The translations under genes were made by a program, and so were the position numbers. Positions 11,938 to 25,058 of a DNA stretch of 48,155 nt are shown here, one piece after another. The DNA comes from Octopus bimaculoides (lineage: Eukaryota): positions 26,924,261-26,972,415 of the forward strand of contig NC_069005.1 in NCBI RefSeq assembly GCF_001194135.2, written 5' to 3'. Under the pieces are notes generated by a model. That model made no database searches. It saw only the letters and a list, made by a program, of their open reading frames with translations, and had not been told where the DNA came from. Position 1 is the first letter of the stretch. Each line of letters starts with the position of its first letter.

Positions 11938-12331
11938 GTTGTTGTTGTTGTTGGCACTCCGTCACTTACGACGACGAGGGTTCCAGTTGATCCGATCAAC
12001 GGAACAGCCTGCTCGTGAAATTAACGTGCAAGTGGCTGAGCACTCCACAGACACGTGTACCCTTAACGTAGTTCTCGGGGATATTCAGCGTGACACAGAG
12101 TGTGACAAGGCTGACCCTTTGAATTACAGGCACAACAGAAACAGGAAGTAAGAGTGAGAGAAAGTTGTGGTGAAAGAGTACAGCAGGGTTCGCCACCATC
12201 CCCTGCCGGAGCCTCGTGGAGCTTTAGGTGTTTTCGCTCAATAAACACTCACAATGCCCGGTCTGGGAATCGAAATCGCGATCCTATGACCGCGAGTCCG
12301 CTCCCCTAACCATTGGGCCATTACGCCTCCA
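11938..12331 (-). mobile_element. tRNA-derived SINE, family 1, full length
   Basis: A-box and B-box tRNA-like head, (CAA)n tail; highly similar to 43836-44204. Confidence 0.85.
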
Positions 12332-13184
12332 CACATACATACATACATACATACATACATACATACACATATGAGATAGTGTGTTCGATTCCCGGATCGG
12401 CCTGTCTGTTGTGTTCTTGAGCAATACACTTTATGTCACGTCACTTCAGGTCACTCAGCTGTAGAAAGGAGTTGCGACGTCACTGGTGCCAAGCTGCATC
12501 AGCCTTTACCTTTCCCTTGGACAACATCGATGGTGTGGAGAGTGGAGGCTGGTATGCAAGGGTGACTGCTGGTCTTCCATAAAGAACCTTACCCTGACCT
12601 GTAACTTTCTAGATGCATGGTCATTCCTGGAAATCCGTGTATGTATAAAAGGAACATTGTGCACGGTGTAATATTAAGTAAAAACGAAAACGAATGGACA
12701 GCTCATGGCATCCCTACACGTGTTTCAATAGCATGGCTCATTCTAAAGAAGACTTCTTTGTATTAGTTAGGGACAGTTGCAACAGTGTGGACGAGAGCAA
12801 AGGAAGGGGTCAGGCTTGGAGACAGGGGTAGGGAAGAAACTGTGAACCAGGAAGTCACGGATTGCTGTTTTCGGTTCATATATTGGCATTTACCGCTCAG
12901 AGAAAATTTGATAGTCAGTTACTGACTTGTAGTAAACCAAACGTTTATTCTTCATGGTGTGACAGCTGACCATTCAGCTTGATCTAAGATTTGGAAATCT
13001 GGCTCCAGGGCAAGACATGTTGATTGATAAGAAATATAGTTTTATCAAATATTTCTTTAAAAAGAGTTATAAACGACAGACATATATATGTAAGGAATAA
13101 GACTCCGCTACTAAATTATGAAACAAACTTGAACACGGTGAAATAGGCGAAAATTCTCATGTAACAGTGTAACAACAACGACCA

Positions 13185-13884
13185 NNNNNNNNNNNNNNNN
13201 NNNNNNNNNNNNNNNNNNNNNNNNNNNNNNNNNNNNNNNNNNNNNNNNNNNNNNNNNNNNNNNNNNNNNNNNNNNNNNNNNNNNNNNNNNNNNNNNNNNN
13301 NNNNNNNNNNNNNNNNNNNNNNNNNNNNNNNNNNNNNNNNNNNNNNNNNNNNNNNNNNNNNNNNNNNNNNNNNNNNNNNNNNNNNNNNNNNNNNNNNNNN
13401 NNNNNNNNNNNNNNNNNNNNNNNNNNNNNNNNNNNNNNNNNNNNNNNNNNNNNNNNNNNNNNNNNNNNNNNNNNNNNNNNNNNNNNNNNNNNNNNNNNNN
13501 NNNNNNNNNNNNNNNNNNNNNNNNNNNNNNNNNNNNNNNNNNNNNNNNNNNNNNNNNNNNNNNNNNNNNNNNNNNNNNNNNNNNNNNNNNNNNNNNNNNN
13601 NNNNNNNNNNNNNNNNNNNNNNNNNNNNNNNNNNNNNNNNNNNNNNNNNNNNNNNNNNNNNNNNNNNNNNNNNNNNNNNNNNNNNNNNNNNNNNNNNNNN
13701 NNNNNNNNNNNNNNNNNNNNNNNNNNNNNNNNNNNNNNNNNNNNNNNNNNNNNNNNNNNNNNNNNNNNNNNNNNNNNNNNNNNNNNNNNNNNNNNNNNNN
13801 NNNNNNNNNNNNNNNNNNNNNNNNNNNNNNNNNNNNNNNNNNNNNNNNNNNNNNNNNNNNNNNNNNNNNNNNNNNNNNNNNNNN
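13185..13884. other. Assembly gap predicted to hide exon 6 of paralogue C
   Basis: N run. 12860-13184 is the reverse complement of the sequence just 3' of D exon 6 (26325-26645). Other gaps: 15007-15354, 20553-21120, 25762-25870, 28641-28851, 34564-34573, 46057-46479. Confidence 0.85.
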
Positions 13885-15513
13885 ATCTTTAATAAGAGCG
13901 CCCCCTCTACAACGATGCTTTGGCTAAGAACGGGCTTACTGAGAAACTCACTATGTAGACGATCCCCAAACTCCCTCTCCTCACCTCAAGAGGATTAGGA
14001 AAGATTCATCAAATTCATAAATAACAGCCAGAGCAAAATATAAGAATATGAAAATAATAGTTGAAAAATATCGTTATGGGTATATTGTTGTAGGTATAAA
14101 TATACCTATATCCTTATGTGTTAAGCGTATACGTTTTTTCTATCACTTGTAAATTTATAATAATTTTCTCCTTCATATATGCGTTTTTGTTCCTATTATC
14201 TTTTTATTGTCTCCCCTACCCCGGGTTAGTTTTTGAGTAATGTAACTCTCTTGAATACACCGACCGATCCTGTCTGTGATCGTTGCTTTTTCTTTGTTAA
14301 GTCCTCTTTGGTTTCTTCTCTGCTTGTATGTACATTTTTATTTAAATAGTGTACCTTTTTCAAACATAGTCTCACCTATCACTTTTAGATCTTGTAATAT
14401 ATATATTTTTTCGTTTTTCAATATTAATATGTATACGTATAACTCTCTATGGGTTTTTTTTTCTGCTAGTGTACCTGCTGTGTTATGTTCTACTATACAC
14501 TCGTGGCCTTGTTTACATTATACTTCGTCTCGATCCGTTACTATTTCTTTAAACATATCCGTTAGATTTTAATTTTTATGTTATAGTTTACTGCACATAT
14601 AGACTTGCATACACTTTGATATGTCTGTTTTTTTCTCTTTCGTCTCTCTCACTATTATTATTGTTGTTATTTTTCTCTTTTAGTACTTGTTTCTAAATAT
14701 CCGATTTTCCCTATTACCCCATCTGTATTCTCCCTTATTGTATCTTTGTTTTATTTCATTAAACCTTTTTTGATGTCCTTCCAAATATTACTCACACTGG
14801 TGAGAACGACAATGCATAAATTTAATTATAATTACTATGATTATAATTGTTTTCTTACATATTTGTATTGTCTTTTGAAACGTGCGTATGTATTGAATCC
14901 AATTTTGTATTAAATCTAATTTTGATTCAACATCTTTTTCTCCTCCGTTCTTTATAGTTGTTTATGGTATATTTATACCTATAACGATATTTTTCAACTA
15001 TATATANNNNNNNNNNNNNNNNNNNNNNNNNNNNNNNNNNNNNNNNNNNNNNNNNNNNNNNNNNNNNNNNNNNNNNNNNNNNNNNNNNNNNNNNNNNNNN
15101 NNNNNNNNNNNNNNNNNNNNNNNNNNNNNNNNNNNNNNNNNNNNNNNNNNNNNNNNNNNNNNNNNNNNNNNNNNNNNNNNNNNNNNNNNNNNNNNNNNNN
15201 NNNNNNNNNNNNNNNNNNNNNNNNNNNNNNNNNNNNNNNNNNNNNNNNNNNNNNNNNNNNNNNNNNNNNNNNNNNNNNNNNNNNNNNNNNNNNNNNNNNN
15301 NNNNNNNNNNNNNNNNNNNNNNNNNNNNNNNNNNNNNNNNNNNNNNNNNNNNNNATATATATATATATACATATATATAGAGAGAGAGAGAGAGAAATAT
15401 ATGTGTGTGTATGTGTGTGTGTGTATATATAAGTTTGTTTATGTATCATTTAGGGAGATGCATCAGTAAGATATCACTATAGGTATATATCCTATAATAT
15501 AAATATAACATAC

Positions 15514-18500
15514 CTGGCAAGTAGATGCTCCACCTTTTTTGAAATCTCCAGCACAGAGAACTCCATCAGAAATTTGCATCTTTGACTTTTTTTTGCATAC
15601 ATGATGGGGAACAGCTGGAAGATGCACTTTATATAACTGGTCAGGACTGTTTCCTTTATCTGAAAATAACACAGTTGAATGATGATTAATGTCGATTGAC
15701 GCTGATTAAATTGAGATGATAAGAGCATTTGATGAAAATTTCATGATACTCACATTTGAAATTTCCCCATCCAGCAGCGATACATCTTCGGGTACCAAAT
15801 CTTTCTCCATATTTGGCCAATTGTGCATAGCGGACACATCTATTTTCACGGACTGGCTTGGTCAAAGTCAGTATAGCAATATCGTTCTCTTTGAGGGTAA
15901 AACATACGTATATGTTAGGCAGGCATATGAACTGTTTGTGAATATATATGTTTCAATATATAGATACAGATATGTATGAGGTATATACAGACAATCGTGG
16001 AATATAGGCATAAGTTTATATGATAGCCATAAATAACATATGTATGCATGTATGTATGTATGTATGTATGTATGTATGTATGTATGTGTCATTGTTCAGT
16101 TTTATTTCAAGATTTCTTGCCAACAGAGAAAGAACCGGTTTCTAACCAAGATCCAAGGATCCTTCATTGGAATTTCAACATCAACAACAGGGTATTTTTG
16201 TATGTATGCATGTATGTATGTATGTATGTATGTATGTATGTATGTATGTATGCAGATTTGTATGTTTTGCTTTATGTATATATTCTCATGCATATAGTTG
16301 CATATCTAGATGTATGTATGTATGCATGCATGTATGTATGTATGTATGCATGTATGGATGGATGGATGTACTAGGTGCGATGACTGGGACTTTTGGAACA
16401 GTGCAGTGACATCTTATTCAAGAGCTGGTATAACTCTCAATGTCCATATTTGGTGCTACCCATCTATGATCTTCCATATGTATATCACTGACTATCTCTC
16501 CTGTCATACGTCTTTCAAAATCTCTCAGTAGCTCAAATGTTTCACTGATGCTGTCTTCCTGGTGTAACACCACTGAACTGCCTCAAGTTCCGCTATTAAT
16601 TTCATACAGTGGGACGACCATAGTTGAGAGTAATATTCTGTTTAAATGTACTCCATAAGGACCAGCAGAATTTCTTGGTCTCTTGTTCTGAAAGTTCTCG
16701 GAGTCCATCCGGCCATTCGCCTGCACATTGCCAACAGCTTGGTAATATGTACATGAAACGACGCATCGTTGCTCATATCAATCCGAGATCAAGCGCTGCG
16801 TTTGACTCTGGGATTGCCGATCCTTTTGTCCAAAGTATCTTCGTTGTGGCATGTTAGCAAAAGCCGACTGATAGCTGAAGGCTTGGAATTTGCGTGCATT
16901 AAATTGCTCGTTGTTTTCTGTTGCCCATTTATATGTGGTATCTAGGCCTTTCTGTAAAAGATTAGCATCAGCAATGTCATTGACTGCTTGTGTTAACATT
17001 AATGTCGTCGGCGTAGTTAGTAAGTGTGGCTGTTTGTGTAGCCGGTGGAATATCCGAGAGAGCCATCACAAACAACAACAGTCCCAAGACAATTCCCTGA
17101 GACAACCCGCTCATTATTACTACCTCCTTGGATAAGACTCCACTGGCTGCCATAGCCTAGCTTCTGTTTTTTAAGAAGTCATGTAACCATTCTCTTAGTT
17201 TTCTGCCTATTCAGAGTCCTAGTAGCTCGTGAGATATTTTTTGCAATCAACCTTATGAAAGGCCTTTGCAAAATCGAGATATATCACATCCAAGTTTGAG
17301 CGATTCATTAGTTTTTTTCAATACCCATTCAAAATGCTGCATGAACTGTGTATGACAGCTTCTTCTTGAGCGGAGGCCTTACTGTGTGTCAGGGAGTCAC
17401 TCATTATCTTCTAGGAACGTGATCAGCTTCCTCCTCAGAAATCGTTCTATGACTTTGGTGACATGAATTTAGAGTGACAGGCCTATAATTTTTAGCATCT
17501 ACCCTCCTTCCTTCTTTGCGGATAAGAGATTTTATACGTTTCTTTAACTTCTTTGGAAGCCTACCATCTGAAAGGAAGCTTCGGAAAAGGATTTGCAGTA
17601 GTCTTAATAGACCCCTTTACATTTTTAGGAGGAATGCTGGGAATCCACCAGGGCTTGTAGTTCAGTTTAAGCTCATTTCATTTCATAAATGGCTGACATT
17701 GCATCAGTTTCCTCTATTTCGAAGAATTGCCATCGATAGTTGCCATCCATTCGTGTCGAGCTACGGTGTCGAAAAACTCATCGGGTAGAGTAATTTATAC
17801 AGTATATGACTACATATATGCCAGTTATATTTATTCGATAGAGGTGTATACGATATACATGTATACATGATAGATATACACATATAACTCATTGTATAAC
17901 ATTGTATAACATTGTATAACAATATAAGTAACTTGTTTGTCGCAATGTAGATGTTGCAAAATCAAACTCTAGTATCAGAAAATGACAATCTTATAGCTGT
18001 CGTCGTCATCATCATTGTAAGTTGCAGTAGATCTAGAGCTAGCAATGAGTACTAAGGAGATGTAATGTATATAGTATTTTGCACAATGCTTCAGGTCTGA
18101 TGAGTATATCTTGAATGTTTGGATAATGCAAAATGCAATGAATTTGAAAGAAAAATGTCGGCTTTTAAACATGTATTACAGAAACACTGAACTGAAAACA
18201 AGAATTAATAGTTATCGCATATTGACACGAAATCGCAATTGATGAAACACCGATATTTACTGATATGTGGTAAGGTGAAGAAAGAATTTATAAGAAAATA
18301 TCTGAAAACGTGATAATCGTAATACTTACGAATCAGGTATGGAGTATGTACGTATCCACTATGTTTCAGAATTCTTCTTGCAGTTGTTGACTGAGAACCA
18401 GGACTCCATTTGTTATTGGAACCAATATTTACTTTAACCTTTCTGACATTTCCTACTCTAAAATCAAATCAAATATGGCAGATCTTTAGCAGACAGTAAT

Positions 18501-19526
18501 TTCATACCGTAATATACTTGAAACTGTCCTCTTGGATATTAAAGTATCTGACCATTCATTAAAGTATTGTAACATAACTCTCTTATATTGCAGTGTAATT
18601 ATTAAACGTTGATATCTATTTAAATGTTGCATTTCGGGTTGTGTGTGTGTTATCAAAATATATTTGTATAAGTGTGGTTGGTCTGAACGATATTAAGCAC
18701 ATAGAAAGTAAATTGTACTATCAATATACTCAACAAATGGAAAATGTTCAGGGATTGAAGGGGTGTATTCATTCGCCTCAGTATATTTTCAAGTTGAAAA
18801 TTGTATATATCTTTATCTAAATATTCGCATTTATTTATGGTGAAAATCAATATATTCCAAAAATGTTGAAAACAAAACTCAATACAAATTTTAGCCTGAT
18901 ATTAAAGCTAGTTTATATGTTGCTATTTACGTTAACAAATTCTTTTCAAACTCCATGTTATAAAGCACAGAAACTAAAATTTTTTCATTAACATTAAGTG
19001 ATGTAATATAAAGATGGGAAACGTCATTTTATAATGTATATACTTACAGGCAGTGAGTTGCTGTCAATACGTGTTTAGAATCAATCAAAATACCTCCACA
19101 TAAGCTAATCCTGTTATCTGACGGGTAATCAAATATTTTGAGGTGGACAATGGAAGGAAACTCGCATTCTTTTGCTGGAGATCCACCGTCGATCTTTCTT
19201 TTAGGTGCTGAAAGAAAATCACAAAACGAAATAAATATATATTCCTAGATAAATCATTCTTCAATGTCTGCCATATATATTTATTGCTATATTTTAAATG
19301 GTCGTAATTTTGTAGGTGTCATGAATTAATAACATAACTTTTTTTTATTGCATTAAATTTGTAATGTAGAATTTACTGATACAGGTAAAAAAATTGGTAT
19401 CGGTAAAATGGTCGGTATCAACACCAGCTTCGAAATATTCGAAACCGTAACACCGATAGAGAAAAGACAGGACTTACCAGCAAAAACTGAAGCAACCGTA
19501 ACAAGTAGACAACAGAGAGACAACAT
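15514..19526 (-). CDS. Divergent S1 serine protease paralogue C (exons 1-5 in frame; exon 6 not assembled)
   Basis: Exons 19478-19526, 19048-19207, 18330-18457, 15754-15888 (AAG acceptor), 15514-15659. All have the standard sizes and no stops. Motifs APKRK-IDGG, TATHC, NDIAIL, GGASTCQ. Confidence 0.88.
16390..17790 (-). mobile_element. Degenerate CR1/L2-like LINE RT fragment in intron 3 of C
   Basis: Reverse-strand translation with stops and shifts shows KNYRPVTL, DVIYLDFAKAFHKVD, SGLSQGIVLGLLLF, NYADD and WATENNEQFN. Confidence 0.85.
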
Positions 19527-20399
19527 GGTGATTCTAAATGTTCAGTTATTAGTGTAGAATAATTCTGCTGAAGCTTGAGTTATGGCTTGTGTGGTATGAG
19601 TAGGTAAGTATCATTATGAAAACGTCTTTGAGGAAGAAACAGCTGTAATTATTCGTCAATGTTTGAATAATAAATCAAAAAAGCAACAGAGAATGTCTTA
19701 ATGTAAAGTAATTTATGATATCATGTGATATATAATCAATACAATTTTAGGTTATCTCACTAAAGTGTTGTTCTAATTTCTATTGAACGTGTATTGTAAT
19801 CTTTTGAGGTGTATTGTAATATATCTTCAAAGTAGTTCCCATATTTTTAAATGTACGTAAGAAATAATTACCATATGTCTGATAAGATACATTTTATTGC
19901 GTTGACCACTCAAATGATTTCTCTTGAAGATTGATCTATCTGATATTATTCCTTCACCAGTTATTTTAAAATGATTGATGAGTTTGTATTAATGTTGTAT
20001 AGTGATTTCTTACTTTAAAATATTTCCTGTTAGTTAATAAATGTAGATATGTCGAGACTAATGTCTTCATCTTCGTTGTAATGGTCACAACTTTTTGGCC
20101 GTTTTGTCCTTCGGTCTTTTAGGTTTCTGTCGTATTCCGTAATCTTCAATACGAAATACAAGTTTCGAACAGAAACTCTTATTGGACCTATGCTTATAGA
20201 TTGTCCTCATTTCAATATTCATGTCGGGACTTTTCTCGCATTAGTTACTCTTCTTATATGTAATGTCTCTTGATCGTTCCTCTTCGAACGAACTGTTTAT
20301 TATTGTTTGCGTGAGCCAGAGATACAACTCACGCTCGTTTGTTCGCCTACGATACCGAACACTATATCAACGTTTATCTTCAGTGTCCTGTAAGAGAGA

Positions 20400-20552
20400 G
20401 TGGAGACGCAATGGCCCAATGGTTAGGGCAGCGGACTCGCGGTCATAGGATTGCGGTTTCGATTCCCAGACCGGGCGTTGTGAGTGTTTATTGAGCGAAA
20501 ACACTTAAAAGCTCCACGAGGCTCCGTAGGGGATGGTGGCGAACCCTGCTGT
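20400..20552 (+). mobile_element. tRNA-derived SINE, family 1, cut by a gap
   Basis: Same head (gcaatggccc..ggttagggcagcggactcgcgg..ggtttcgattccc); runs into N at 20553. Confidence 0.82.
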
Positions 20553-21120
20553 NNNNNNNNNNNNNNNNNNNNNNNNNNNNNNNNNNNNNNNNNNNNNNNN
20601 NNNNNNNNNNNNNNNNNNNNNNNNNNNNNNNNNNNNNNNNNNNNNNNNNNNNNNNNNNNNNNNNNNNNNNNNNNNNNNNNNNNNNNNNNNNNNNNNNNNN
20701 NNNNNNNNNNNNNNNNNNNNNNNNNNNNNNNNNNNNNNNNNNNNNNNNNNNNNNNNNNNNNNNNNNNNNNNNNNNNNNNNNNNNNNNNNNNNNNNNNNNN
20801 NNNNNNNNNNNNNNNNNNNNNNNNNNNNNNNNNNNNNNNNNNNNNNNNNNNNNNNNNNNNNNNNNNNNNNNNNNNNNNNNNNNNNNNNNNNNNNNNNNNN
20901 NNNNNNNNNNNNNNNNNNNNNNNNNNNNNNNNNNNNNNNNNNNNNNNNNNNNNNNNNNNNNNNNNNNNNNNNNNNNNNNNNNNNNNNNNNNNNNNNNNNN
21001 NNNNNNNNNNNNNNNNNNNNNNNNNNNNNNNNNNNNNNNNNNNNNNNNNNNNNNNNNNNNNNNNNNNNNNNNNNNNNNNNNNNNNNNNNNNNNNNNNNNN
21101 NNNNNNNNNNNNNNNNNNNN

Positions 21121-21224
<104 letters not shown>

Positions 21225-22854
21225 AGGAAAATACACACACATTACATAGTTTTAATACAATTTTTACTATATTTTATATTGTGTTTGTCGACCGGTTTCG
21301 CTTTCGGTAATCATGATATTAAAATTTATTTACATACGTATTTTCGTAAGAAAAATTTGTTTGTCCATGTTATAGGAAATACCTACTCCATTAGATAGTA
21401 ACAGGCAGAATACAAAAGTCGAGATTTCTTCATATCAGTAGAATGACAAAAAAAGTAAATTGGTGAAAAAATATAATTTAGTATTAACAATAAAACTTTC
21501 TAATTAAACAAAGACGTACACATTAATTTTAAAACGGAATCACGAGGTAATTACCGTCTAACCGTAAATATTTGGGTACCTATTATATAAATGTAACAGA
21601 ATCTGTAATTCTGCTAAACTTAATGAATTTTAAGGAATTTCCGAGACGAGAAATATCATTATTATAGAATGATAGGATCGATCTATTGTCCACCTCATTG
21701 TGATTACAGTCATAATGTCGGACCCTTCAAACTATTTCCTGAAGCCTGTCGTATTTCGTAACGTTATTGGAATATCGAGCCGAACCCTTCATTACACCCA
21801 AAGGGGCAAGATTGTTTTCATTCTGTTGTTCATATCTGAGATCTTCTCCTCTTTGTATTCTCCTAATTGTGGAGTCGCTTTCTCTTTCTGCTTCAACTTG
21901 ACTGTAGAGTGTTTGGGCGATACAAGGAGTGAATTCCTTGATCAACTATAATACTACACTTAAATTTTTATCAACGCTTATAACCTGTCTTATTGTTTCA
22001 CGAGATTGTTAACCAATGGAAATTAGAGGGTTTAAGTCTTTCTAAAACAAATGTTTCTATATAGTATTCATCGCTAACATAGGACTACGAAGGAAGCTAT
22101 CACATAACAGCGTATGCACTAGTTAGTCCAGTGTATCTTCAAGTGATGTTACTTGTCTGAAATATCCATGAGTATCACATGTAAAAACACTTACAAATGG
22201 GAGAGTAGTCCCAATATGTATATCGAAATAAATGCAAAGTGCAGGCATGGATTTAATACAAGATCCGCTTCGAAACTTATATTTCGTATTGAATACGGAA
22301 TGCAACGGAAACCTAAACAGACTGAAGGACAACATAGCTGAAACGTTGTGACTATAACAATCAAGATGGAGGCACTAATCCTAACATATTTGCGTTTATT
22401 AATTAACAGGAAATGTTTTTAAGCAAGAAATAACTATACAACATTGATATAAACAGATTCAACATTTTAAAATGACAGGTGATGCAATAATATTCAGCTG
22501 GATCAATCTTCAATAGTAATTATTTGAGTGGTCAACACAATAAAATATATCTCATCACACAAAAAGTAATTGCCTTTCTTTTTCACGTACATATAGAAAT
22601 ATGGGAGCTATTTTGAAGATGTATTAATTTAAGATATTACAATACACCTCAAAAGATTACAATACTCGTTCAATAGAGATTAGAACAGCACTCTAGTGAG
22701 ATAATATAAAGCTGTATTGATTATATATTTCATATTATAACATAAATTACTTCACATTAGAACGTTCTCTGTTCTTCTTTGTCTTATTGTTCGAACATTG
22801 ACGAATAATTACAGCTGTTCTTTCCTCAAAGACGTTTTCCTAATGATACTTACC

Positions 22855-22862
22855 TATAAATA
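22855..22862 (+). promoter_or_regulatory. TATA box of D
   Basis: TATAAATA at the homologous position. Confidence 0.7.
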
Positions 22863-23638
22863 CCACACGATCCATAACTCTAGCATCAGTTGAATCATCT
22901 TACACCAAGAACTGAACATCTACAATCACCATGTTGTCTCTCTGTTGTCTTCTTGTTACGGTTGCTTCAGTTTTTGCTGGTAAGTCATCTCTCCCGTCGA
23001 AAGGCATTCTGGTGTCGAATTTTTCAAATCCGAATTATTTTACCGATATGAATTTTGATACTACATATAAATTTAATGTGAAAAAAGTTTTCGAAAAAGA
23101 CTTTTTATTTAATTAATTAATTAATTCTACAAAATTACAACTGTTTAAAACACAGCAATAGATATATCGCAGACAGTGAAGAATGATTTAGCTACAGAAA
23201 TATATATTTATTTCGTTTTGTGATCTTCTTTCAGCGCCAGAAACACAGATCGTCGGTGGATCTCCAGCACAAAACTGTGAATTTCCTTCCATTGTTCACC
23301 TCCAAATATTTAACCAACCTACAGATAACATGATTAGTTTATGCGGAGGTACTTTGATTGATTCCACACACGTATTGACAGCAGCTCATTGCCTGTAAGT
23401 ATATACATTACAGATTCACTTTTTCATATCATTATATAACATCACTTAAAATTTATGAAGAAAGTTTAGTTTCCCTGTTTGTATAATATAAAGGTTAAAA
23501 ACTATTAGTTGATGTAAATATCCAACATATATACTAGTTTTAATATCACGCTACAATTTACATTCAGCTTTGTTTCCAACAATTTTGGAACGTAATGAAT
23601 TTCGCCTTGAACAAGTGGGAATGTGTGTGTGTATGTGT

Positions 23639-23718
<80 letters not shown>

Positions 23719-24635
23719 TTTACTTGCTGTGTTTAATATCGTTCAGACCAACAACACCTATACAAATTTCAATAACACAAACGGCCCGAATTGCAACATT
23801 AAAATGAATATCAACGTTTAATAATAACAGAGCAATATATGAGAGTTATATTACAATACTTTATTGAATGGTCAAACACTTTAATATCCAAGGGGATAAA
23901 TTCAAGCGTATTACAGTATAAAATTATTGTCTGCTAAAGATCTGCCATATTTGATTTGATTTTAGCGAAGGAAATGTCAGAAGGGTTAAAGTAAATATTG
24001 GTTCCAACAACAAATGGAGTCCTGGTTCTCAGTCAACAACTGCAAGTAGAATTCTGAAACATGGTGGATACGTACATACTCCATACCTGATAAGTGAGTA
24101 TTACAATTATCATGTCTTCAGATATTTTCTTATAAATTTTCTTCCTCTTACCATATGTCAGTAAATATCGGTGTTTCATCAATTGCAATCTCGTGTCAAT
24201 ATACGATAACTATTATTTGGTGTTTTCAATTCAGTGTGTCTGTAGTAAACGTTTAAAAGCGGACATTTTTTCTTTCTTATTCATCGCATTTTGCATTATC
24301 CAAACATTCAAGATATACTCATCAGAACTGAAGCATTACATCTCCTTAGTACTTATTGCTAGCTCTAGATCTGCTGCAGCTTACAATGTTGATGATGATG
24401 ATGATGATGATCATCATCATCATCATGGTCATGACGACGACGACAACGACAGTAAGAGTGTCATCTGTTGATACTAGAGTTTGATTTCGCAGCATCTACA
24501 TTGCGACAAACAACTTAATTATACTGTTATACAATCTTATACAATGTATTATATATGTATATCTATCGTATATGTATATATATATCGTAAACACCTCTAT
24601 CGAATAAATATAACTGACATATATATATATAGTAG

Positions 24636-24683
<48 letters not shown>

Positions 24684-24689
24684 ATATAA

Positions 24690-24925
24690 TGTATAAATTA
24701 CTCTACCTGATGAGTTCTTCGACACCGCAGCTCTACACGAAAGGATGGCATTTATCGATTAGATCGAAATAGAGGAAACTGATGTAATATTAGTCATTTA
24801 TGAAATGAACTTAAACTCAACTACAAGCAATCCTTCTAAACTCCTCTTATAAAATGCTAAGGGGCTCTAGTAAGACGACTGCAGATCTTCGTGCGAAGTT
24901 TCCTTTCAAATGGTAAACTTCCCAG
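24690..24925 (+). mobile_element. 5' remnant of the same CR1/L2-like LINE in intron 3 of D
   Basis: Aligns to the reverse complement of 17550-17790 and has the same 5' junction (gtcatata..tataaattactctacc). Confidence 0.7.
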
Positions 24926-25058
24926 TTCTACGGCTGTGCGGATTTGAGCAACGTGTGTTGTGCTCAAGAATACAACACATAGCTCAACCCAGGAATCGAT
25001 CTCATAACCTCCAGATTGTAAGCCTAACGCTCAAACCACGAGGCCATGTGCTTTCACC
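24925..25058 (-). mobile_element. Degenerate tRNA-derived SINE head in intron 3 of D
   Basis: Reverse complement gcacatggcctcgtggtt..gatcgattcctgg..gtgttgtattcttgagca. A related sequence is at about 12375-12660. Confidence 0.55.

Noticed and set aside
16040-16409. MYVC/IHTY/YLSI/CVCV/DDDHHH low-complexity ORFs throughout the window
   Set aside because: Translations of (TATG)n, (GATA)n, (GT)n and (GAT)n microsatellites.
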